Origin: an archaeon BMS3Abin17
Lineage (GTDB): Archaea; Nanobdellota; Nanobdellia; Pacearchaeales; GW2011-AR1
NCBI GenBank assembly: GCA_002897655.1
Contig: BDTJ01000031.1
Coordinates: 19,497 to 83,496 of the forward strand
Length of the DNA stretch: 64,000 nucleotides
Direction: 5' to 3'
A program made the position numbers and the translations under genes. The notes under the pieces are model-generated. The model was not told the DNA's origin and did not search any database. It saw only the letters and a list, made by a program, of their open reading frames with translations. Of the stretch, positions 42,531 through 52,511 are shown in pieces; positions within the stretch are counted from its first letter, which is position 1; each line of letters begins with the position of its first letter.

Positions 42531-45155
42531 ATGAAATTTAATTTTAGAAAAATATCGGCTGTCTTAACTAGTGGTTTACTAGCTATTTCTAGTGTTGGTT
42601 TTGCTGCTGCAGCAAATTACCCTAGCCCGTTCGTGGTTGGAGGAACTGCAGATGTAGCAATTGTTTATGGTACTGGTGAAGGAGTTTCTTCATTAGACAT
42701 AATCCAAGCAGGAAATATTCAATCTAACTTGCAATCTAAAATGGGTTCAAGTGCTGGAACTAGTGGAGGAACTGTAACAGGAGAAGCTGCTGAATTATTC
42801 AGTTCAGGAACAAAGCTATATATTAATGATAGTTTAAACTCAGTAAAAACTGTATTAACAAAAACTGAGCTTCCAACTGTTTTAGCAGATGAGTCATTCT
42901 CAGGAAATGTTGATGCTAAAGTAACTCAAACAATTAAAATAGGATCAAATCCTAGTGTTAAGTTTAAAAAGCAACCAACAAGTTCTGATGACCCTGATTA
43001 TGGTTTAACAACAAGTATAACCCAGACAAACTATATCTATAATGCAACAGCAACTTTCAATAAAGCTGTAAACTTCTCGCATGCTGATTCAGAAGGAAAC
43101 ACTCTTGATTTGTTTGGACAAACATTTACAGTTGGTTCTGCAACTACTACAGATGACTTAGTATTGTTAAAAAGTGCTGAGAAAATTAGTTTGACTAGTG
43201 ATAACCCTACAGTAGATGTTACAATCGCTGGAGAAGCATACACTGTTGAATTAGTATCAAGTTCAGATACTTCAGCTACTATTCAGGTAACTGACAGTGC
43301 TGGAACTAGTGAAAGTAAAGAGATTAATGAAGCTGCTTCAAAGAAAGTTAATGGCATTACTATTGCAGTTACAAATGCAGATGAGACAAACTTAAAATTG
43401 TCAGCATCAATTGTAGCGGGAGCAGATAAAGTAACTCTTACTGATGGTAGTTCTGTTACTTATGGTTCAGATGATACTATTGTTGATGGAACACTTGTTG
43501 ATTTTGGAAGTACTACTGGAATAACAGACGACATGACATCATTGACTATAAGTGTTTATGCTTCAGATTCTGATAAAGATGCTATTAAGCCCGGAGAATC
43601 ATTAAAAGACCCTGTATTTGGAAGCTTTAAGCTAGACTTTGCAGGATTAAATATTGCAGATGATTCAACAGCAAGAGGGACAATTTTAGTTGCTCCTAAT
43701 AGTGATGACAAGATGGATGTTACTTTTACAGACCACAGAGGTAATGAAAAGACAATAACTTGGGCAAAGAATACAACTACTGCTGGTATGCAACTTATGA
43801 GAGATGATGAGGGTAGAAATATTAGTGTTTTTGAAAAAGAAGCATTAGTATACAAAGACTATGTTGTTGTTGGTAATGAAGATGAAGGTTATTTGTTAAA
43901 GCTTTCGGCTGTTAAGAACCAATCTGGAACTGATTATAGCAAAGACTATGTTAAGTTTACAGATGTATTCACAGGAGACACCCTTACAACGGCTATAGAT
44001 GTTGAAGGTTCAGGAACTTTGTATGTTGGAGGTAATCCATATACTGTAACATATTCTGGTGATTCATCAGGTGCAGCAGAAGATTACACTGTTAGAATTA
44101 ATAGCCCAGATAGTAGTGGAAATGGTGTTGCTATAATCTATCCTACAATACAAACTGAGAAAGGTGCAAAAGTTGGATTCTATGAACCTGAGACAATAAA
44201 TCTTACTTCATGGGATGGTTCAGGTGCTAATTTAACAACATTGAAAATACCAGATGGAGATGGATATACAGATGTTGCTATAACTGTAGGTGCAAATAAT
44301 CTTAGCGAGATTTGGACAATTGGAGGAAATGCTCTGAATACTAGTCTTATTCAAGAAGCAACAGAACCAATTGGGCAATTAAACTATGCATTTAACACTA
44401 CAGGTGTCAGAGATCAAGTAACACTTTACTTGAGAACTGTTGCTAATACAAGCAATATAATTAGACCTGCAATTGTTATCTTTGAAGAAAAAGATGACAA
44501 CAATGAATACCAAGCATTGATTGTTGAACTTGAAGATGGTGCAACAGGTGATGATGGTATTGGAATTGACTCTGTAGAAGATACATGGAGTGGTGCTTTA
44601 TCAACATGGTCAGCTAGTATGGCTAGTGATAGCAAGAAGACTAAGAGAGGTGATCTATGGGGTACAATTACTACTATAGACAGTTCTGATTCAGACCAAA
44701 AGTCAGCTACTATTAGTTATCCAGATGAGCAGGTTTATGCTCAGCTATATATTGCAGAAGAAGCTGCAAGTATAACTGCTGGTGCAACTACTAGTGGAAC
44801 AAGTACTCCTCTTGGAGAAGTTCTTGTTAAAGACAGTGAGGTTAGTTCTGTAGCAACAAAGAACTTAATTATTATTGGTGGAAGCTGTATAAATTCAGCT
44901 GCTGCTAGTGTATTAGGTGAAGGTTGTGGTTCTGCATTCACAGATGCGACTGGTGTTGGTTCAGGAGAATTCCTGATCAAAGGTGTTAGTGACTCAACAG
45001 TTACTAGCAAATTAGCATTAGTTGTTGCTGGTTATGAATCTGCAGACACTGTAAATGCTGCTAAATATCTACAGACTCAAGTAGTAGATACAGATAAAGC
45101 ATACAAAGGAACAACTTCTACAACTGCTACTGAAATAGTTGAAGCTACTGCATAA
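42531..45155 (+). CDS. Probable S-layer / major surface protein
   Basis: Signal peptide (AVLTSGLLAISSVGFAAAA). 874 aa, rich in Thr/Ser/Gly/Asp. Strong GGAGGT Shine-Dalgarno sequence 13 nt upstream. A long T-tract terminator follows. Confidence 0.65.
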   Translation: MKFNFRKISAVLTSGLLAISSVGFAAAANYPSPFVVGGTADVAIVYGTGEGVSSLDIIQAGNIQSNLQSKMGSSAGTSGGTVTGEAAELFSSGTKLYINDSLNSVKTVLTKTELPTVLADESFSGNVDAKVTQTIKIGSNPSVKFKKQPTSSDDPDYGLTTSITQTNYIYNATATFNKAVNFSHADSEGNTLDLFGQTFTVGSATTTDDLVLLKSAEKISLTSDNPTVDVTIAGEAYTVELVSSSDTSATIQVTDSAGTSESKEINEAASKKVNGITIAVTNADETNLKLSASIVAGADKVTLTDGSSVTYGSDDTIVDGTLVDFGSTTGITDDMTSLTISVYASDSDKDAIKPGESLKDPVFGSFKLDFAGLNIADDSTARGTILVAPNSDDKMDVTFTDHRGNEKTITWAKNTTTAGMQLMRDDEGRNISVFEKEALVYKDYVVVGNEDEGYLLKLSAVKNQSGTDYSKDYVKFTDVFTGDTLTTAIDVEGSGTLYVGGNPYTVTYSGDSSGAAEDYTVRINSPDSSGNGVAIIYPTIQTEKGAKVGFYEPETINLTSWDGSGANLTTLKIPDGDGYTDVAITVGANNLSEIWTIGGNALNTSLIQEATEPIGQLNYAFNTTGVRDQVTLYLRTVANTSNIIRPAIVIFEEKDDNNEYQALIVELEDGATGDDGIGIDSVEDTWSGALSTWSASMASDSKKTKRGDLWGTITTIDSSDSDQKSATISYPDEQVYAQLYIAEEAASITAGATTSGTSTPLGEVLVKDSEVSSVATKNLIIIGGSCINSAAASVLGEGCGSAFTDATGVGSGEFLIKGVSDSTVTSKLALVVAGYESADTVNAAKYLQTQVVDTDKAYKGTTSTTATEIVEATA

Positions 45156-45166
45156 GGCAAAATTTA

Positions 45167-45205
45167 ATTTTTTATTTTTTTCTTTTTTCTTTTTTCTTTT
45201 TTTTT
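45167..45205 (+). terminator. Oligo-T archaeal transcription terminator after the S-layer gene
   Basis: About 40 nt of T-runs (TTTTTTATTTTTTTCTTTTTTCTTTTTTCTTTTTTTTT) starting 12 nt after the stop codon. Confidence 0.6.
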
Positions 45206-45298
45206 AACCTAGGGCAGGAGCTCTAGTAAAGTTTTTATAGTGTAAAAGAGAGTTTTTAATATAGTATCTCAAAAATAAATTATAGTAAAATTTTTGAA

Positions 45299-45868
45299 AT
45301 GAGAAAGATAGACACAAAAAACCAAGAAGATAAGAGAAAGAGGAGGAACCAGTGGATTTTAAGTGTATTTTTGGTGGTTATTATGTTCTTTAGTGTTCTT
45401 GGATATGGGTTTATGGGGAATAGCAGGAAAAGCAATACCAATGTAGAGTATAATGGTTTTGAGTTTGCAGAGCAAAATGGCTTTTGGAACTTAAATCTTG
45501 GAAATCTTAATTTTGTATTTAGATATAACCCAAAAGAGACTGAAAATATCTCTTCTCAGGTTAATTACCTTAATTCTTATTCTGAAAAGCCTCTTTATAT
45601 TTATTCTGAAAACAATGAGGCAAGCTCAGAAGTTTACATAAATCTGAACCAGATGGCCCAGAGAATACAATCTGCTTGTTTAGATGGATATGAGTGTAGT
45701 GAAAATGTTCCTATCAAAACATGTGAAGACAATTTTATAATCATAAGCGAGAGCAATGAAACAAATATTATCCAGGAGAATAACTGCGTGTTTATACTTG
45801 GACCTTATGAGAATCTTACAATGATGAGTGATGTTTTTTTGTTTAAGGTATTAGGTGTTGAAGAATAA
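45299..45868 (+). CDS. N-terminally membrane-anchored protein (hypothetical)
   Basis: Basic N-terminus plus TM segment WILSVFLVVIMFFSVLGYGF. Confidence 0.5.
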   Translation: MRKIDTKNQEDKRKRRNQWILSVFLVVIMFFSVLGYGFMGNSRKSNTNVEYNGFEFAEQNGFWNLNLGNLNFVFRYNPKETENISSQVNYLNSYSEKPLYIYSENNEASSEVYINLNQMAQRIQSACLDGYECSENVPIKTCEDNFIIISESNETNIIQENNCVFILGPYENLTMMSDVFLFKVLGVEE

Positions 45869-45963
45869 TAAATATTATAAATATAGAAAAAGAGTAATAA
45901 TATGGCTAAAACAAAGAAAACAGGAAGTTTTCAAGCTTCCATTTTTCAAAGAAGGAAAGAAAA

Positions 45964-46689
45964 ATGAAAACAAAGAAAGGGAATGTGAAAAAAAAGAAAG
46001 CAAAAAAAGAAGAGGTCTGTGAGATTTTTGAAGTTGGTAAAGAAGACAGGGAAGAGACAATAAGAGTTTGCGGGACAGTTGATTCAAGGCCAGCTACAAA
46101 AGAAGAGATTGAAGGGCAAAACAAATTACTAAGGAATGTATTGATTGGAATAGGGTTGTTTGCATTAATATTTGTTATATCTTATATTGCAATAGGCAGC
46201 ATGAAAAGTTTTGAATATAAGGGGGTTGAATTTAATATTGTTAATGAGGGAGATTTAATATTATACCAAACATCTGTTCCTGTTAATTATAATGGAGAAG
46301 TAGTTCCTTATAATTTCTATTTAAGAAAAGATCCAAGAATCTTAGGAGATATTGATTTTAAGGGAGAGCTTATTCTGTCAGAAGATGCAGTCATTAATAT
46401 GACAGAAGAATTTAATTGTGATGGTGACGAGGTAATTGCTATTGCAAATTTAGTTAAATTATATGGGCTCTTTGGAGTTAATACCATAAGGGACGATAAT
46501 GCAACATGCGATTCAGAAGGCAGATATATGTTTATAAGAATCCTTCCTGGAAGTAAAACTGCCATAGAGAAAACAGGGCCTGTATGTTATGACTTAAATG
46601 TTAATAATTGTGAAATTCTGGATGTAACAGAAAGAATGATGCTGGAACTTTTCATCAGAGTTAATAAAATAAATGGAAGTGGCCAATAA
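45964..46689 (+). CDS. N-terminally membrane-anchored protein (hypothetical)
   Basis: Lys-rich N-terminus, then TM segment VLIGIGLFALIFVISYIAIG. Architecture is similar to the previous gene. Confidence 0.5.
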   Translation: MKTKKGNVKKKKAKKEEVCEIFEVGKEDREETIRVCGTVDSRPATKEEIEGQNKLLRNVLIGIGLFALIFVISYIAIGSMKSFEYKGVEFNIVNEGDLILYQTSVPVNYNGEVVPYNFYLRKDPRILGDIDFKGELILSEDAVINMTEEFNCDGDEVIAIANLVKLYGLFGVNTIRDDNATCDSEGRYMFIRILPGSKTAIEKTGPVCYDLNVNNCEILDVTERMMLELFIRVNKINGSGQ

Positions 46690-46695
46690 AACTGA

Positions 46696-47187
46696 TTGGG
46701 ATTGATTAAAATGGATTTAAAACTTCTATACGCGCTTATTCTCACTATAATGCCTGTAACAGAGCTAAGAGTTGGGCTTCCATTAGCTATATTATATGCA
46801 ATAGAAAATAATATCTCTATTGCTCTTATTTTTTCTCTTGTTTTACTGCTAAACATACTTGTAATATTTTTTATATTTTACTTTTTAGATAATCTCCACC
46901 ACATTTTTATGAATTCTGAGTATTACAGGAGAATATTTGAGGCTTATTTAAAGAGATTTAGAAAAAGAGTTGACAAGTTTGAGAAAAAGCACGAGTCACT
47001 TGGATTTCTTGCATTAATCTTATTTGTAGCTGTCCCTCTTCCAGGAACAGGAGCCTGGACAGGTTGCCTTGTTTCATGGTTATTAGGATTAAACAGAAAG
47101 AAAAGCATATTATCAATAGCAATAGGAGTTACAATTGCAGGAATACTGATTCTTCTTGGGACACTTGGATTTATTTCTTTAATATAG
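46696..47187 (+). CDS. Small multidrug-export-like membrane protein (COG2426-type)
   Basis: MPVTELRVGLPLAILYA and VPLPGTGAWTGCLVSWLLG are signature segments. 4 TM segments. Confidence 0.6.
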   Translation: MGLIKMDLKLLYALILTIMPVTELRVGLPLAILYAIENNISIALIFSLVLLLNILVIFFIFYFLDNLHHIFMNSEYYRRIFEAYLKRFRKRVDKFEKKHESLGFLALILFVAVPLPGTGAWTGCLVSWLLGLNRKKSILSIAIGVTIAGILILLGTLGFISLI

Positions 47188-47719
47188 AATTCTTATAAAG
47201 GTATCTAATATCAGAATATACTGGAATGTCTTTTATCTTGAATAATTTAACTTCTGTAAACCATATGACCACTACAAAAATAGTGCTTAAAAAATACCAG
47301 AATATTTTGTGGGTTATATCAAACCACGAGAATCCTCCGACAAAAATAAGCCCTAATATAAATATTCTCAGAATATTTGCTATTAAAAGTATTGAAAATG
47401 CAAATAAAATCATCTTAAGTCTTTTTCCAAGCTTTATGTTTGGTATTGAAAGATTAAGAATCAGCAATAAGTAATAAGCTGCTCCTGCAATACATGCCCC
47501 GACTATTTCTAAAGGAAAACATTCTGATACACTTATTATATGCCCTGAAAGAGAAATATCAAAGAAAATATCAAACAAAAAATAAGTGGGATAAATTGTC
47601 AATGGAGCAAAAACAAAATAAAACAGCCACAGATTAGGAAGAGCTACTAATAATAAGATTAAGTATCTTGTTATGATGCTTAAAAAACTATTTTTAGATT
47701 CTTCCCTCTTTTTTGACAT
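47171..47719 (-). CDS. Miniature archaeosortase/exosortase-family protein (pacearchaeosortase-like)
   Basis: 182 aa and polytopic. Cys/Arg/His candidates in the expected order and context: EIVGACIAGAAYY, LIANILRIFIL, DITHKIFWY. Confidence 0.6.
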   Translation of the reverse strand: MSKKREESKNSFLSIITRYLILLLVALPNLWLFYFVFAPLTIYPTYFLFDIFFDISLSGHIISVSECFPLEIVGACIAGAAYYLLLILNLSIPNIKLGKRLKMILFAFSILLIANILRIFILGLIFVGGFSWFDITHKIFWYFLSTIFVVVIWFTEVKLFKIKDIPVYSDIRYLYKNSILKK

Positions 47720-47767
47720 ACCGGGGTGAGTGCAAACCTATTTAAATAATTTAAGTTTTGAAGATAT

Positions 47768-48385
47768 ATGAAGAAAAATAACTTGATAATTATAATAACC
47801 TTAATAGTATTACTTGCTCTTGTGAGTTTTTATCTTGATTCAGAGATTGTTAAAGGGGTGTTCTTAATAAGAAATGCCTTTCTCAGTGATTTTTTTATGG
47901 GGATAACGTTTGTAAGCTCAGAAATAATAATCTTTTTTGGATTAACAAGCTTGTTTTTATGGAGAGAGCATAAGAGAAAATTCATTGTTCCGTTGTGGAT
48001 TACACTTGGTTTATCTGCCTTGGTTAGTTTTATATTAAAATTTGGGATTCAGAGATTAAGGCCCTATCAATTAGGACTTGTTCCTGTATTGACTATACTT
48101 GAAAAAGCTAATCATTTTTCATGGAACTTTTCTTTTCCCTCTTTTCAGGCAATGCTTGTTTTTTGCGCTGTTCCAATACTCTCAAAAGAGTTTCCTAAGC
48201 TAAAATATGCCTGGATTGTATTTGCAGGCCTTGTAGCCTTCTCAAGAGTTTATTTTGGACTTCATTTTCTTAGTGATGTAATTATGGGAGGATTAATAGG
48301 ATATTTGATTGGAATGATTATACTGAAGGTAGAAAAAGAATCTAAGTTTGGTGAAAAAGTATATAAGAAGATTATTGGGAAGTGA
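47768..48385 (+). CDS. PAP2-family phosphatase (undecaprenyl/dolichyl-diphosphate phosphatase-like)
   Basis: KFGIQRLRP (KxxxxxxRP), PSFQA (PSGH-like) and SRVYFGLHFLSDV (SRxxxxxHxxxD). Confidence 0.8.
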   Translation: MKKNNLIIIITLIVLLALVSFYLDSEIVKGVFLIRNAFLSDFFMGITFVSSEIIIFFGLTSLFLWREHKRKFIVPLWITLGLSALVSFILKFGIQRLRPYQLGLVPVLTILEKANHFSWNFSFPSFQAMLVFCAVPILSKEFPKLKYAWIVFAGLVAFSRVYFGLHFLSDVIMGGLIGYLIGMIILKVEKESKFGEKVYKKIIGK

Positions 48386-48724
48386 TTAATGTAGGCTACT
48401 CCAATTTCTGAAAATGCAATCTTTGTAATTCGAATCGTCACGAAGAATCTTACAACGATGTATGTTGTCTGTAGCAAAATACTCTTCACACATTATAGAA
48501 GAGGGGTTTGCACTATCAATATCAAACTTAACAAAAGACCTCTAAATCTGGTGTATTGCCTCTTGAATTGTTAATCTGGTCTCTAGAATGTTTATTCAAT
48601 ACAGGGCACTTAATTACTTTAATATCATATTGCATCTTAATCAATATCTCCTTCTTCATCAGAGTCCAAGTCTAACAATGAACTATAAATCTTTGAAGAA
48701 TGTTCTCCGAACAAGAAGTGGTTT

Positions 48725-48985
48725 TTATTTTTCATCTTCCTCCACAATATAATTTTGATATTTTGTTTTAACAATCTTAACAATTCCGTGTATTAAAGGA
48801 ATATCGTCATATTTAATTGCAGCAGCTAAATCTTTTTTTACTTCTTTTATATGTCCTTCAGAATATCCATCAGTAGTAGATTGAATTGGTGATTTAAGAG
48901 TGTATTGAAGAAGATTTCCATAACGTTCACACACATCATTATATTTTTTAATCTCTCCAGGTGTACGTGTTTTTTTATCTGCCAT
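48725..48985 (-). CDS. Hypothetical protein
   Basis: 86-aa ORF immediately upstream of the surface protein gene on the same strand. Confidence 0.4.
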   Translation of the reverse strand: MADKKTRTPGEIKKYNDVCERYGNLLQYTLKSPIQSTTDGYSEGHIKEVKKDLAAAIKYDDIPLIHGIVKIVKTKYQNYIVEEDEK

Positions 48986-49003
48986 TTTCTTATAGAACTA
49001 AAA

Positions 49004-50605
49004 TTATCTTCGGACAACTCTTACTGCCACAACTATAATTATTATTACCAAAACAATGTTAAGTATTCCAATTCCCCACAAGTACCAGTTATCTTCTGTG
49101 ATTATATTTCCAGTAATTCCTGAGAATCTTGATTTTCCTTCAATCTCAACTGAAACTGCCTGCTTTGTTATTAGCTCGTTTTCTGATACAATCTCAACAT
49201 CAAACGTGTTTTCTCCTTCCACATCTGATTTAACACTGAACGTCATAAGGATATTTTCTGAATCTCCTTTATCAAGAGTGATTGTACTCTTGTCTAAATC
49301 AACTGAATCTGCCCAAGTAGTATATCCTGCTGCATTTATTGAGTAAGTAGCTGAATCATCTCCTGTATTTGTAATAGTTGTCTTAATAACTAAATCCTCT
49401 CCTGCTTTCCCGCCAGACTCAATCTCTGCAGATACAGCTGCCATTGTTTGCTTAATAGCACAACTTTCTATCTTAATAGGAACAGAAAACTCTGATTCAT
49501 CATTATTTTCATTCTCATAAACATCTCCGTCTTCGTCATTAACCCATAACTTGATTGTGTAGAATTTCTTATCTAGCTCTTCAGGAACAACAAAGGTGAA
49601 GTCTAATTTTTCACTATCAAAAGCATTTACATCTCCAATAGCTAATTCCTCATTGATTCCCAAATCTTTACTGTATATTGTTACAGAAACCGCATCTTGA
49701 TCATCCTGACCAATATTCCAGACATCTGCAGTCATTTGAATCTCGTCTCCGCATGAAGCTGATTCTGGAAGTGTAATATCATCAAGAATAACAAAATCAT
49801 CCTCAATTGTTAATTTTATTGAATCTGAAGCCCCAGTACACTCATTATCTTCATCTAAATCATTACTGTAAACTTTAACATAAAATGTAAAATCTTCATC
49901 TATATCCTCATCAAGGTCATCAGGATTCACATTAAAATTAAGCACGACTTCCTTTTTTTTACCATCCTTAAGATTAAATTCTGACTCTTCATCATCAATA
50001 ATCCATGTTTCTGTGTCTTCATCATATAATCCCCATTCAATCACTATGTCATTAATCTTATCATTGCCCTTATTTTTAACTTTAACAGTTACTTCAATAT
50101 CATCGAGAGGGTACCATTCATCATCTTTTTCCCCAAATCCTTTAACATTATCTATATTAACATCAATATCCAGATTTCCACCCTGCTCTCCAAGAGAACA
50201 GAAGTTATCATTGTCAAAAGTTATTCCTGCTTCAAGAGAATCTGTAACAGAACTATTTGCTGTGCTTACAGCATCTATAGTGAAAGTAGTAGAAGCAGTT
50301 CCTAAGTTAAAGTCCTTGTTGTTTGTAGCAGTAATCTCAAAAGTTGCTGAAGTTATATTTGTTGAGCCTGAAGTAAGATTTATTGCCACAGAAATATCGT
50401 TGTTGTCAGAGTCTGTTATGATTGCAGTTGTATCATAAGAGCTTATATCAAAGCTCTCATCACCATCAACTGTTAGTGTTGCTGAAAGAGTATCAGGAGT
50501 AAGTGTAACAGAACTAGCTGTTAGAGTCAAAGCAAAAGCAAAACTAACAAACATTATCGTTGCTAAAATACTTAAACTTAACAAACCTAATATTTTGCTT
50601 TTCAT
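49004..50605 (-). CDS. Surface protein with CARDB-like beta-sandwich repeats and a C-terminal TM+RR tail (candidate sortase substrate)
   Basis: Signal peptide. Repeats (VTVKVKNKGNDKINDIVIEW, VSVTIYSKDLG, LVIKTTITNTGDDSATY). C-terminus NWYLWGIGILNIVLVIIIIVVAVRVVRR. Confidence 0.65.
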   Translation of the reverse strand: MKSKILGLLSLSILATIMFVSFAFALTLTASSVTLTPDTLSATLTVDGDESFDISSYDTTAIITDSDNNDISVAINLTSGSTNITSATFEITATNNKDFNLGTASTTFTIDAVSTANSSVTDSLEAGITFDNDNFCSLGEQGGNLDIDVNIDNVKGFGEKDDEWYPLDDIEVTVKVKNKGNDKINDIVIEWGLYDEDTETWIIDDEESEFNLKDGKKKEVVLNFNVNPDDLDEDIDEDFTFYVKVYSNDLDEDNECTGASDSIKLTIEDDFVILDDITLPESASCGDEIQMTADVWNIGQDDQDAVSVTIYSKDLGINEELAIGDVNAFDSEKLDFTFVVPEELDKKFYTIKLWVNDEDGDVYENENNDESEFSVPIKIESCAIKQTMAAVSAEIESGGKAGEDLVIKTTITNTGDDSATYSINAAGYTTWADSVDLDKSTITLDKGDSENILMTFSVKSDVEGENTFDVEIVSENELITKQAVSVEIEGKSRFSGITGNIITEDNWYLWGIGILNIVLVIIIIVVAVRVVRR

Positions 50606-50842
50606 TTTGTAATCATTCTGGAGTTACTATGGTTTATAAACTTTTCTATAATTTAGAATATATTTGAATCAAACTATAATTTGGGTTTTTCAAAAAGTTT
50701 ATATATGTCAGAACATCTTTATTAATCAAGAAAACCTTGCATTTGTCTTGGTTTTTTGGATGATCCAAAATTGAAGACTCAGACTATAATGACCTAATTT
50801 ATTATGTATTATGTGGTTTTTAATTTATGGACACAATAAAAG

Positions 50843-51226
50843 ATGGCGATTAAAGCACAAGAAAATTCTATAGGTGCCTGGGCATTTTTAGCAGGTATTA
50901 TATTAGCAGTAATAGTTGGGATTTTTACAGGAAATTACACAAACCCGATAGTCTTCTCAATTCTTATGGTTCTAGGGTTAGTTGTGGGGTATTTTGTAGT
51001 AGAAAAAGATTCAAAGACCTTTTTATTTGCCTCTGCATCAACTGTTCTTGCCAGTTTTGCAGGAATTCAGGGTTTTGCAACTAATGTTGCACTCAGAGGA
51101 ATAGCTGTAAGCGGAGTTGAGGTGGGAAAAATGACTGCATCTGTATTAGGTGCTCTTTTGTTTCTATTTGTCCCAGCTACAATTGTAGTAGCAATAAAGA
51201 CTGTATTTTCTATTGCTAAGATTTAA
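50843..51226 (+). CDS. Small integral membrane protein
   Basis: 127 aa with 3-4 predicted TM helices. Confidence 0.5.
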   Translation: MAIKAQENSIGAWAFLAGIILAVIVGIFTGNYTNPIVFSILMVLGLVVGYFVVEKDSKTFLFASASTVLASFAGIQGFATNVALRGIAVSGVEVGKMTASVLGALLFLFVPATIVVAIKTVFSIAKI

Positions 51227-51228
51227 TC

Positions 51229-51519
51229 TTAGTTTAAAATCTGGATTGAAGGATTATAAACAAAATTCCCTTTTCGTATTGATTGATTATAAATAACATA
51301 TCCTTTCTCTTCAGATAAAATTCCTTTATCAAAAAGGTAATCCATTCCTCTAACATAAATCTCAAGAGTTAGATTTTTGAATGGGTTTTCCATACTAATT
51401 CTTCCTAATAATCCTAGTCTTGTTAATGGGCCCTCATTTTTTAATATTTCTGGGACATATCCCATCATATTCCTTGCTGTCTTTCTAATCTTCTTAGTCT
51501 TGTCAACTAAATCTTTCAT
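51229..51519 (-). CDS. Hypothetical protein
   Basis: 96-aa ORF. No motif recognised. Confidence 0.4.
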   Translation of the reverse strand: MKDLVDKTKKIRKTARNMMGYVPEILKNEGPLTRLGLLGRISMENPFKNLTLEIYVRGMDYLFDKGILSEEKGYVIYNQSIRKGNFVYNPSIQILN

Positions 51520-51551
51520 AGAATCATAGCTTATTTAATCTTTTAAAAACA

Positions 51552-52160
51552 TTATTGTACTTTATTCATATTAACAACAGAATTATCATTCATATCTAAT
51601 CTTGGACATGCTGTATTTACCCATGAATCAAGCCCAAAATTCTCAAATTCCCTTGTGTCTATATTATTAGTAATAAATAGGTAAGAGTTCTTTTTGAGTT
51701 TTTTCTTAAGACCTATTGCTTTTTTCAAGTTTTCTTGTCCAGGTTTAGTAGATATTAACACACCTACCTTATTTGCATTAAGAAACCTCATATAAGCTGC
51801 TTTTTGATTTCTTTTTAATACATCTATATCTTTAGGTAAAATTCTTTCTAATTTAGTTCTATATATATAGACAGGTAATTTTGTCCCATAAGCCAAGGAT
51901 ATTGCGTGGAATCTACCATCTCCTATTAATAGGATGGCTGAAGTGTTTTTAGAAAACCTTGGTTTGCTGCATCCAAGAACTTGAATAAACTTTGTTATGT
52001 TATGCTTTTTTGTGAGGATTGATTTAATTTCTTTTGCCATGTCTATATATTGTATAGAATAAGCAATAGCTATGTTTTTTGGAAGTCTTTTAGACATATC
52101 TGATAATTGAGATTTGCTTATGATTGTTTTTATTTTTACAGGTATAAATATAGTTTTCAT
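51552..52160 (-). CDS. Short Dph2-like protein (diphthamide synthesis 2-(3-amino-3-carboxypropyl)histidine synthase family)
   Basis: LLIGDGRFHAISL, GVLISTKPGQ and WVNTACPRL are Dph2-family signatures. Only 202 aa, against about 330-350 for archaeal Dph2. Confidence 0.55.
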   Translation of the reverse strand: MKTIFIPVKIKTIISKSQLSDMSKRLPKNIAIAYSIQYIDMAKEIKSILTKKHNITKFIQVLGCSKPRFSKNTSAILLIGDGRFHAISLAYGTKLPVYIYRTKLERILPKDIDVLKRNQKAAYMRFLNANKVGVLISTKPGQENLKKAIGLKKKLKKNSYLFITNNIDTREFENFGLDSWVNTACPRLDMNDNSVVNMNKVQ

Positions 52161-52190
52161 ATAATTAAATAGAAGGAGGGATTTTAAAAG

Positions 52191-52487
52191 TTATTGAAAA
52201 GTTTTAAGCGGTTTCCAATATTCAACAGAATCAAGAATTGTTGGTATTTCTGTAAATCTACTTATTGGCATAGCTACCCAACGCCTACTACCCATAATAG
52301 AAATATCAGTACAATATGCAACTAAAACACTATTTTCTTTATCAGATACAAGAACATTATCACTCGCTGTCATATCGTTTTCATTGCCTTGTTCATTAAG
52401 TGGTCTAGTAATATCTTTACGAGTATACAACGGTAATCTTTTTGAAATATTTATCCAACCTTCATAACTTTCAGTTTTCTCACACAT
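52191..52487 (-). CDS. DUF551-like (phage-associated) small protein
   Basis: GWINISKRLP...VLVAYC...RRWV...VEYWKPL resembles the DUF551 pattern (W-I-x-RLP...W...yWmPLP). Confidence 0.4.
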   Translation of the reverse strand: MCEKTESYEGWINISKRLPLYTRKDITRPLNEQGNENDMTASDNVLVSDKENSVLVAYCTDISIMGSRRWVAMPISRFTEIPTILDSVEYWKPLKTFQ

Positions 52488-52511
52488 ATATCTCTCCTGT
52501 TCAAAAAGAAA

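Noticed and set aside
45167-45205. Long T/C-rich tract as a microsatellite or mobile-element end
   Set aside because: It sits directly after the stop codon of a highly expressed-looking gene. Archaeal terminators are oligo-T tracts, so a terminator is the simplest reading.
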